Below, piece after piece: positions 18,273 through 24,656 of a stretch of 27,597 nucleotides of DNA. Within the stretch, counting starts at the first letter, position 1; the number at the start of each line of letters is the position of its first letter. This DNA comes from a virus (lineage: Duplodnaviria; Caudoviricetes): positions 1 to 27,597 of IMG/VR virus record IMGVR_UViG_3300026122_000003. One strand, written 5' to 3'. Made by a program: the position numbers and the translations under genes. A model generated the notes under the pieces. The model searched no databases. It worked only from the letters and a program-made list of their open reading frames with translations, and was not told where the DNA came from.

Positions 18273-18766
18273 GCGCCGGCCAGCACCGCCTTCATGTCCG
18301 AAACCAGTTTGCGGGCGAGCGCGGTTTCGGCCTCCGCCGCCTGCCGGGCCTTCACCGCGTCTGCGGCCTGGCTCTCGGCTTCCGCCAGCTTGGCGCGCGC
18401 CTCGCGTTCGGCGGTGCTGGCCGCGGCAAGGGCGGTGGCCGCCGCGTCACGGTCGGCGGACGCGCGTTCCTGCAACTCGCGAGCCTTGTCCCCGGCATCG
18501 GTCAGCGCGTTCCGGGCCTCCGCCTGGGCCTCCGCCTTCACGCGCGAGGCTTCCTGTCCGGCGCGGTCCAGGATGTCCGCCGCCCGGGCCTCCGCCTCGC
18601 CGATCCCCGCCCGCGCCTTGCGGAGATGCTCTTCATGGGAAGCCCGTTCCTTTTTCCACGTGTCGAAGGTCCGTATCATCCGCTCCGGGTCGCGGAGATA
18701 CTCGACCATCGACTCCATGGACAGGGAATCCGTGCCCCCGCCGCCGCCCATCATGCCGACCATCAC
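18269..18766 (-). CDS. Ala/Glu/Arg-rich coiled-coil protein
   Basis: 165 aa long helical repeat, translationally coupled on both sides. Confidence 0.7.
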   Translation of the reverse strand: MMVGMMGGGGGTDSLSMESMVEYLRDPERMIRTFDTWKKERASHEEHLRKARAGIGEAEARAADILDRAGQEASRVKAEAQAEARNALTDAGDKARELQERASADRDAAATALAAASTAEREARAKLAEAESQAADAVKARQAAEAETALARKLVSDMKAVLAGA

Positions 18767-19086
18767 GAACTCCCGTCGTAAAATGCGATTTCCAGCGTCC
18801 CGCCCCGGACGAGGTTGGGCCGTACACCGATGAAAAGCGCGCCGTTGGCCGCCACGTGCGGGTCCGCCGCCGTCGAGGTGGGATTAACCCCCACCCGGAA
18901 ATGCGCCTTCGTCCCGTCCGTGGTGATCAGCACGAACCGCGTCCGTCTGTTCAGCGCCGCGGTCTGCGTCGAGGTCGTGTACGTCACCGTCTGCTGCGTC
19001 ACCCTCGGCTCCATGCCCGCCGCGACCGGCTCGCCCCGCGCGTCCTCGGCCATGTCCTCGTATTCGGCTATCTGTACTGTCGCCAT
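18763..19086 (-). CDS. Small beta-rich probable virion (decoration-like) protein
   Basis: MATVQIAEY...QQTVTYTTSTQTAALN..TRFVLI..D..AHFRVGVNPTST; resembles a recurrent small phage structural family (recognised by eye); AAGGA RBS. Confidence 0.55.
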   Translation of the reverse strand: MATVQIAEYEDMAEDARGEPVAAGMEPRVTQQTVTYTTSTQTAALNRRTRFVLITTDGTKAHFRVGVNPTSTAADPHVAANGALFIGVRPNLVRGGTLEIAFYDGSS

Positions 19087-19087
19087 G

Positions 19088-19492
19088 TCAGTTTCCTTGC
19101 TGTTCACCGGTCATAAGAAACACCTGCCTGAGAAAATAGACAACGCCGCGCCGCCACCATGCCTTCTGCTTGTCGGTGTCCGCCTGACGATCCAGAATGA
19201 CGCTGTTAACCCGCCCGTCATTGAAAAACTGGACGGCGGCCAGCAACCCTTCCTGATCCATCATGCGGATGAACCGGGCCTTCATGATATCGACGGGCTC
19301 GCCCATCTTGTGTTGTTCGCTGGTCTCGACATCAACGATCTCGATGTCGGCCGGCACCTTCCACGCCCCTTCGTGGGGAGTGCCGCAGGACGGGCATTCG
19401 GCGTTCCCGTTGTCATACAGGAACAGGGTCGAGCAACCGCAGCCGCAGGCGAATATCAGACGTTCCGGCTTAGGAAAGCCGACAACGCTCAT
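19088..19492 (-). CDS. Zinc-ribbon hypothetical protein
   Basis: CGCGC...CPSC; ATG at 19492 overlaps the upstream stop. Confidence 0.65.
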   Translation of the reverse strand: MSVVGFPKPERLIFACGCGCSTLFLYDNGNAECPSCGTPHEGAWKVPADIEIVDVETSEQHKMGEPVDIMKARFIRMMDQEGLLAAVQFFNDGRVNSVILDRQADTDKQKAWWRRGVVYFLRQVFLMTGEQQGN

Positions 19493-20040
19493 CGCCGGGC
19501 ATCCAGAACGGCGCGGACGATCTCCGGCCAGTTGCTTACCCATTGGTCGCGGGCGTCCATGACGCCATCGTATTGCGCCGCGTTCCGCGCCACCTCAGCC
19601 AGACGGCTTATTTCGTCGTCCGGCAGAGAAGTGGTATGGGCAAATGACCACATCAATGCGTTGTGAACCTGCCATTTTGTAAGCGTCGGATATTCCTTGA
19701 CGATCTGATCGTTGGTATAGCCATCCTCATAAAACGACCTGACCGCACGCACCGGGATGCGCGTGCCGTCTACCCGGGGCTCCCCCCCGAGCACATCAGG
19801 GCTGCTTACGACGCCGCCACTCCCGCATGTAGGCGTTGTACCGCTCGCGGTTCCTGGCCCGCCAGCGCCGGTTGCGCTCGGCCTGGGGGAGGGGCTGTCC
19901 GCTGTCGGCTCCGCCAGACTCGCCCCCCAAATGTCCGCCATCTCCGTCCGCAGGCTGTCGATCTCGTCGGCGAGCATCTGAATCGCCGCCCACTTTGACC
20001 GGCCCTCCAGCCGCGCACGTGTGCTCTTGCCGGTGGTCAT
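19489..20040 (-). CDS. DUF433-domain protein with N-terminal extension
   Basis: VVSSPDVLGGEPRVDGTRIPVRAV...GYTNDQIVKEYPTLTKWQVHNAL matches the DUF433 pattern; start uncertain. Confidence 0.7.
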   Translation of the reverse strand: MTTGKSTRARLEGRSKWAAIQMLADEIDSLRTEMADIWGASLAEPTADSPSPRPSATGAGGPGTASGTTPTCGSGGVVSSPDVLGGEPRVDGTRIPVRAVRSFYEDGYTNDQIVKEYPTLTKWQVHNALMWSFAHTTSLPDDEISRLAEVARNAAQYDGVMDARDQWVSNWPEIVRAVLDARR

Positions 20041-20074
20041 ATCTTGCCCCGCATAAGTTACATCGGATGTCCAT
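19796..20074 (-). CDS. Small Zn-knuckle / basic-helix putative DNA-binding protein (leaderless)
   Basis: CNLC..H...H.C at the N-terminus; basic helix AERNRRWRARNRERYNAYMREWRRRK at the C-terminus; the -10 box ends 5 nt before the ATG. Confidence 0.65.
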   Translation of the reverse strand: MDIRCNLCGARYDHRQEHTCAAGGPVKVGGDSDARRRDRQPADGDGGHLGGESGGADSGQPLPQAERNRRWRARNRERYNAYMREWRRRKQP

Positions 20075-20076
20075 GC

Positions 20077-20155
20077 CGTAGATTACGCCGCGTAACTTAC
20101 GGGGGCAAGGCGTAACTTACGTAGATTACGGGCCGTAACTTACGCGTAGATTACG
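20077..20155. repeat. Six 11-bp near-palindromic repeats CGTA(AC/GA)TTACG
   Basis: CGTAGATTACG at 20077, 20120, 20145; CGTAACTTACG at 20091, 20111, 20134; a degenerate inverted copy at 20052. Confidence 0.95.
20080..20108 (-). promoter_or_regulatory. Sigma70-like promoter for a leaderless transcript
   Basis: Minus strand TTGCCC-17 nt-TAATCT-ACGGC-ATG. Confidence 0.55.
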
Positions 20156-20307
20156 AGGGCCGTTTGAAAACCGCCGGTAAAATGGGGGTGGAACCCGAAA
20201 CCGTGTCCGGCGGGGTGGGGGTGCCCCGGCCCCTCCGACCGGCCGGAAACCGCTGTTTTCCGCCATACCAACCGGTCTGTTGCGCGATAACCAACGCCCG
20301 GTGCCGC

Positions 20308-20320
20308 TAAGTCGTTGATA
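20308..20320 (-). promoter_or_regulatory. IHF consensus site
   Basis: Minus strand TATCAACGACTTA is a perfect WATCAANNNNTTR match, in the non-coding region after terS. Confidence 0.55.
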
Positions 20321-20383
20321 TCCTTGCATACCGTTGTCGCATAATGGTGATTACGACGCGTAACCGCGAAAACGCCCCGTATT

Positions 20384-20896
20384 TCAATGGCTTGTGGGCT
20401 TGCCGGACAGCTGTTCCTTGAACGCCCGTTCGATATCCGGACCAAACAACGCCCGTGCACGCTCCAGCACCGCCTCGTCATCCCTGTCCGTCATGTCGCG
20501 TGTCTGCTCGACGTAGTGTCCCTGGCTCTTGCCCTTGTGTATGAGCAGTTGGGCTGCTGCGCCATAGTTTCCGGCGTTTTCCGCGCGTCTTGCGAGGCCT
20601 TCGAGTTCCTGCCAGTGGCCTTCCAGGCTTCTCATGCCGGTGCTCAGCGCCAGTTCTCTTGCGGTCTTGAGCCAGCAAGCGATCTTATCGTCCTGCAAAA
20701 GTTGTGTCGAGTGGACGCGGGCCGCATGTCCGCCGGACGTGTCATAGGACTGGCAATACGATTCATATGCCGACAGGCCGTCGCACAGGCCCAGCACGAA
20801 GGCCAGCTGCTTGGGCTGAAGATGCGGCAATCCCCTGGACTCTGCTGTATCCAGCATTTCCTCGGTCTCGCACAGGGTGCCTTTGCGTTTTGCCAT
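20384..20896 (-). CDS. terS: Terminase small subunit
   Basis: LQPKQLAFVLGLCDGLSAYESY..SY...STQLLQDDKI HTH and ELEGLARRAENAGNYGAAAQLLIHKGKSQGHYVE oligomerisation helix; start MAKRK at 20896. Confidence 0.85.
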   Translation of the reverse strand: MAKRKGTLCETEEMLDTAESRGLPHLQPKQLAFVLGLCDGLSAYESYCQSYDTSGGHAARVHSTQLLQDDKIACWLKTARELALSTGMRSLEGHWQELEGLARRAENAGNYGAAAQLLIHKGKSQGHYVEQTRDMTDRDDEAVLERARALFGPDIERAFKEQLSGKPTSH

Positions 20897-20931
20897 GTTT
20901 CGTTCCGTATGCGGATTAATCCAATAATCTG

Positions 20932-20960
20932 TTGAATGTCCGGTCGGGCGGACATATATT
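20932..20960 (+). promoter_or_regulatory. Sigma70 promoter with embedded inverted-repeat operator (cassette A)
   Basis: TTGAAT-17-TATATT; inverted repeat ATGTCCG-N6-CGGACAT at 20936-20955. Confidence 0.8.
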
Positions 20961-21025
20961 AGGAGTGTCACTAGGGAATAGTCCCTGTTCACTCGGAAAA
21001 TGGAGTCCGAATAGGAGATTGAACG

Positions 21026-21208
21026 ATGTACCAACGTAAAACCAAGGACGAATACCGGCTTTTCGTTAATTACGGCTATGGCGACGGATGGGAACACGAG
21101 ATATCCGAAGACAGCCACCGCGAGATCATGCGACGCGCCCGTGAATATCGGGAAAATTGCCCCGAATATCCCGTCAAATGGTCGCGGCACCGTGTGCCCG
21201 TCGCATGA
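21026..21208 (+). CDS. Small hypothetical phage protein (60 aa), cassette A cargo
   Basis: AGGAG RBS; NYGYGDGWE...EYRENCP; lower GC than the flanks. Confidence 0.8.
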   Translation: MYQRKTKDEYRLFVNYGYGDGWEHEISEDSHREIMRRAREYRENCPEYPVKWSRHRVPVA

Positions 21209-21441
21209 CACCCGAACTACTCCACCGGATCGGCCGCGCCCTGTACGGTAAGCTCTACCAAGTACCGCTGAGCAACCGTCTGGGCGTTGCCGACCGGACT
21301 GTTAGACGATGGCTTAACGGTCAATTCAATATCCCTGCGGGTATCGATGCCGAGTGTGCCGAGCTACTAGAGGAACGGTACCGCCTGATCCGGGACTTGC
21401 TCGGCAGGGTTAAGGGTTCATCATCCGGCCAACGTCCTTGA
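21205..21441 (+). CDS. XRE-type HTH protein (Aca-like), cassette A
   Basis: ATGA-coupled start at 21205; LSNRLGVADRTVRRWLNGQFNIP HTH. Confidence 0.8.
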   Translation: MTPELLHRIGRALYGKLYQVPLSNRLGVADRTVRRWLNGQFNIPAGIDAECAELLEERYRLIRDLLGRVKGSSSGQRP

Positions 21442-21565
21442 TCATCTGCGTCGAACTGGCCGCGGGCGTAACCGTCTGCTCGGTCTTGCCCCCGAAACCG
21501 GCGTTCGGCCTGTCCATGCCCCCGTAATGGCCCAGCCGCGTGACCCTGTTCGCCGATATCGCCAT
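21410..21565 (-). CDS. Small hypothetical protein (51 aa)
   Basis: Manual translation MAISANRVTRLGHYGGMDRPNAGFGGKTEQTVTPAASSTQMIKDVGRMMNP; TAATG coupling to the upstream gene. Confidence 0.6.
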   Translation of the reverse strand: MAISANRVTRLGHYGGMDRPNAGFGGKTEQTVTPAASSTQMIKDVGRMMNP

Positions 21566-22551
21566 TACGTGATCTTGAACGTGTCGCCGTTGCCGGGGGC
21601 CGTGGTCAGAGCCGTGAACGTCAGCAGCCCGCCGGTATTGGCGTAATCGGTGATGTCGCTCGACTCGCCTTCGCAGGCGCCGCTCGTAAACGTGATGATC
21701 CGGCTTATGAGTTGGTCATCCGCGTATCCGGTCAGGTCGCTGGTGGCCTGCGTCGTGCTCAGCGTGCCGGTCGCGGCCGAGCCGAAGATAATGCCCAGCA
21801 CGAGGTTGTCGGCTATGCCGTCCACCGTGTCCACCTTGCCCTGGGTCGTCGCGTGCTGGCTGTCCTGCGCCGTGTCCAGACCATCAAGGGTCGTGATCGT
21901 GCCCGCCGCCGTGTTGACGCCGCCGGTGACTGCTGACACCGTCCCCATGTTGTCGCCGGCCTTCGCCGGGGCGTAAAGCGCCTGCGCCGTCGCGAGCGTA
22001 ACGCCATCCGACCCGGTAATGGTGTCGAGGTCGGTTTGCGCCGTTGCCAATGCCGCTGCCGTGGCAAGGCTGGTCAGCGCCCCGCTGTCCGGCAGGTTGT
22101 TGGCCACGGCCAGAATCGCCGCAACCTCGGTGTCGACGAACGCCGCGATCGTCGCCAGCGTGCCCGGTATATCGTCGGTCTGCAATTCGTTGGTGTCGCC
22201 GAGAATTGCCGCGATATCCGTGTCCGGCGCCGAACCCGAGGCGTACAGGAACTCGTAGGTATCCTCCTCGACCACCTGGAATTCATGCCGGACCGGCAGG
22301 GCCGTGGCCGACGCCGCAACCGTCAGAACCAGCGTGCCTACCGTGTCGGTGTCCGTCGCGTCGAGTTCGCAGTTGTAATACCCGTCCGCATCATGGACCG
22401 GCGTCGTGGCGTCGTTCTTCGCCCCCAGCGCCTGGCCGTTCTTCGATAGCTTTACGCTCGGGCTTTCCCCGGTTTCCGCCGCCGCCCCGTCGCTGATGTC
22501 GACGAACGGCCCGATCAGGACATCGACGGCCGTGGCCTGTTTCAGAATCAT
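21565..22551 (-). CDS. Thr/Ala/Asp-rich probable virion fibre/appendage protein
   Basis: Ig-like N-terminal domain (GPFVD..DG, GYYNCELDATDTDTVG), helical middle, beta C-terminus (TFTALTTAPGNGDTFKI); about 51 of 328 residues are Thr by hand count. Confidence 0.6.
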   Translation of the reverse strand: MILKQATAVDVLIGPFVDISDGAAAETGESPSVKLSKNGQALGAKNDATTPVHDADGYYNCELDATDTDTVGTLVLTVAASATALPVRHEFQVVEEDTYEFLYASGSAPDTDIAAILGDTNELQTDDIPGTLATIAAFVDTEVAAILAVANNLPDSGALTSLATAAALATAQTDLDTITGSDGVTLATAQALYAPAKAGDNMGTVSAVTGGVNTAAGTITTLDGLDTAQDSQHATTQGKVDTVDGIADNLVLGIIFGSAATGTLSTTQATSDLTGYADDQLISRIITFTSGACEGESSDITDYANTGGLLTFTALTTAPGNGDTFKIT

Positions 22552-23642
22552 CAGCCCGCCCTGTTATGGTGCCGGTGGTGGTACGCCTGAACAAGCGGGC
22601 CGCCCGCCGCCGTCAAGTCGTCTACTTCCCAATCATCGAACACCGGCCCAGTGGTTTGCAGCAGAAATTGGGTGAAGCTGTGGCTCTCGACCGTGTGGGT
22701 GCCGTCGGTGCCGTGCAGCATCAGCGTAATGCCACTGCCGATGTCTGCGTATAGGTCCTCGCTGGTGCCGTTCTGGATTTCCAGCCGCCATGTCGATTGT
22801 GCATTGTTCGGCAGCGTGGTCGTCAGGTCCTCGCCGGTCTTGTTGAAGCTACCCGAGGTGCGTTCGAACAGTCGCATGACGTTCGGGTTCGGCTGGATGT
22901 TGCAGTGATAGCCGGTCGGGGTCGCGCCGTTGTGGCTCTCGCCCGTCAGATAACTCTGGATGCCGAAGCGGTTATCGGCGTTGTTCGGGTGATATTTTAT
23001 TTGCTCGTAGAAGCTGTTGACGCCGCTGTCGTACCAGCCCTCATCGTTGCCGGAGGTCGGAACGACACCTCCCGAGCCATCGCCTACCATGCCGCCGGTC
23101 GTGGGCGCACCTGTCCATGTCGTGCCGATGCTGGTAGGAACCATAGTTCGACCATGCAGGTCGCCGGTTCCAAGGCTGTCGAAATTATCGGCTCCGATGA
23201 TCGTCCGGTGATCGCGCACTTCCGCCGTGCCCGTCTGAAACAGCACCATCTTGCCGATGGCGATGCGCCGGACCCTCGGCAAGGCCCCGGGCGGCAGAGG
23301 CCGCGTTTCCGTTTCCCACCGCAGGCCCAGGGGCCGCAGCCCGAGGTTGGCGGCGTACTTTTGGCGGATTTCGTGAACCACCGCGCCGAGCCCGGTTTCC
23401 TGCAGCGCCGGCAACCCAAGCCGCGTTTCCAGTTCGCCAAGTTGACGCCGGGTCAGCGTCTCATCGGGCAGATCGCCCAGCTTGAACAGCCGCCGTTCGC
23501 CCGTCACCTCATCGCTGGTCCAGCATATCGCTGGTCCGCCCAGCCCCATGCTGCCTTGCGCGCCAACGCCGTCAACCGGAGGCCGGAACGCCGTCGCCTC
23601 GCTGCGCCCGTCGCCGATCAGTTCCGCCAAATAGATCGGCAT
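22551..23642 (-). CDS. Probable virion protein with C-terminal lectin-like beta-sandwich
   Basis: GAGG RBS; DNFD...L.GR...WT start and FDDWEV end of a ConA-like domain; coupled to the next gene. Confidence 0.5.
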   Translation of the reverse strand: MPIYLAELIGDGRSEATAFRPPVDGVGAQGSMGLGGPAICWTSDEVTGERRLFKLGDLPDETLTRRQLGELETRLGLPALQETGLGAVVHEIRQKYAANLGLRPLGLRWETETRPLPPGALPRVRRIAIGKMVLFQTGTAEVRDHRTIIGADNFDSLGTGDLHGRTMVPTSIGTTWTGAPTTGGMVGDGSGGVVPTSGNDEGWYDSGVNSFYEQIKYHPNNADNRFGIQSYLTGESHNGATPTGYHCNIQPNPNVMRLFERTSGSFNKTGEDLTTTLPNNAQSTWRLEIQNGTSEDLYADIGSGITLMLHGTDGTHTVESHSFTQFLLQTTGPVFDDWEVDDLTAAGGPLVQAYHHRHHNRAG

Positions 23643-23673
23643 GGCACCTCGCGAAAATTCTCAAACAAGGGGC

Positions 23674-23702
23674 TTGCAACTGTGACCAATGGTCACTATA
23701 TT
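23674..23702 (+). promoter_or_regulatory. Sigma70 promoter with perfect palindromic operator (cassette B)
   Basis: TTGCAA-17-TATATT; GTGACCA-A-TGGTCAC at 23682-23696 fills the spacer. Confidence 0.85.
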
Positions 23703-23745
23703 ACGGGTGTAGGGCGACGGTGCCCGCCCCGATGGGAGATGTTAA

Positions 23746-23886
23746 ATGATTGAATTCACGCCCGAAATGGCCCGAACGATGACGCCAGAAGAAATCATTG
23801 AATTCTGGAAAGCGCGCCAACGGACAGAGCGGGAATATGACTGTCTTATAGATGCAGAGACGGGCGAAATTATCGCTACCGTCTAA
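23746..23886 (+). CDS. Small acidic protein (46 aa), cassette B cargo 1
   Basis: Manual translation MIEFTPEMARTMTPEEIIEFWKARQRTEREYDCLIDAETGEIIATV; GGGAG RBS. Confidence 0.75.
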   Translation: MIEFTPEMARTMTPEEIIEFWKARQRTEREYDCLIDAETGEIIATV

Positions 23887-23928
23887 CCAAAATTCAACCG
23901 GGCGATCATGCCCGATGAGGAGAAACCG

Positions 23929-24114
23929 ATGGCTTATGTTCTGCCCCAAGTTCAAACCCTTGAAATGCTGAAAGCGACCCTCGAAAAAATCCGCAAGACG
24001 GGCGACGACGGCGCTGACGTTTCTTTCGCCCGCCTGTTTGCCAACCACGGTCGGGGCACCGAAGAAGCCAGAAATTACGCCTACAAATATTTTACCGACC
24101 ACACCGCAGCATAA
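23929..24114 (+). CDS. Small protein (61 aa), cassette B cargo 2
   Basis: GAGGAG RBS before the ATG at 23929 (MAYVLPQV...). Confidence 0.8.
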   Translation: MAYVLPQVQTLEMLKATLEKIRKTGDDGADVSFARLFANHGRGTEEARNYAYKYFTDHTAA

Positions 24115-24161
24115 CCCGCGGCCCCAACCGGGCGATGGCGCCCGCCGAAAGGAGACCGACG

Positions 24162-24386
24162 ATGACAAGCCTACATATCGATAAATCAATAGCAAAAGCG
24201 CGGCGAATGGGCGGGTTCGCTGGGCAATCTAGAGCAATGCCGCTTTGGGATATGTCCAAACGAGAACTAGTCGAACTAACGCTTCGCCTTGGCGCACTCG
24301 CCGCGCGTGCCCCCGACTCTTGCGCAGCGGGTGCCGAAATGGCCGAAAATGAACACCGCGCGTTGAAGGCCAACGGTATTCTCTAA
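24162..24386 (+). CDS. Small protein (74 aa), cassette B cargo 3
   Basis: AAAGGAG RBS before the ATG at 24162 (MTSLHIDK...). Confidence 0.8.
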   Translation: MTSLHIDKSIAKARRMGGFAGQSRAMPLWDMSKRELVELTLRLGALAARAPDSCAAGAEMAENEHRALKANGIL

Positions 24387-24387
24387 A

Positions 24388-24576
24388 ATGACCCGCCACG
24401 AATTCCGCGCCGCCCGCTTCGCGCTGGGCCTGTCCCTCAACGAATGCGCCTCGCTGCTCCATGTAGCGGGGCGTACCGTTCGCCGGTGGGAGGACGGCCA
24501 GCGGGATATCCCCGGCCCGGCTCAGGTGCTTATGAAGGCGCTGGTTGAGCGACGGTTGCCGAAGTTGCACGCATGA
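24388..24576 (+). CDS. XRE-type HTH protein (Aca-like), cassette B
   Basis: FRAARFALGLSLNECASLLHVAGRTVRRWEDGQRDIPGP is a canonical XRE HTH. Confidence 0.9.
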   Translation: MTRHEFRAARFALGLSLNECASLLHVAGRTVRRWEDGQRDIPGPAQVLMKALVERRLPKLHA

Positions 24577-24604
24577 AAAACCCGGCGCAGTTTCCCGCCC
24601 GGGC
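24576..24604 (-). terminator. Intrinsic terminator downstream of the putative late promoter
   Basis: Minus strand CCCGG-GCGG-GAAA-CTGC-G-CCGGG-TTTTT. Confidence 0.65.
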
Positions 24605-24626
24605 ACAATTCCGAAACTAAGGAAAA

Positions 24627-24656
24627 AGGGTAGTCTCACGGTGCAAGCCGGGTCAA
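24627..24656 (-). promoter_or_regulatory. Putative late promoter (pR'-like)
   Basis: TTGACC-18-TACCCT overlapping the stop of the upstream regulator gene and followed by a terminator. Confidence 0.4.

Noticed and set aside
20077-20155. Repeat array as a CRISPR or mini-array
   Set aside because: Repeats are 11 bp, abutting or overlapping, with gaps of at most 9 nt; no spacer-sized unique sequences and no cas genes.
20184-20222. G-quadruplex
   Set aside because: Only three tracts of three or more G, one separated by a long loop; weak support.
20897-21211. N-terminal extension of TerS in the ORF track
   Set aside because: It is the antisense of cassette A's promoter and ORF; TerS-like sequence begins at MAKRK (20896).
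177-23642. Diversity-generating retroelement acting on the tailspike or lectin-like gene
   Set aside because: No reverse transcriptase and no template/variable repeat pair seen in the window.
23712-24164. Integron attC sites for the repeated hairpins
   Set aside because: Too short, no RYYYAAC/GTTRRRY boxes and no integron integrase.
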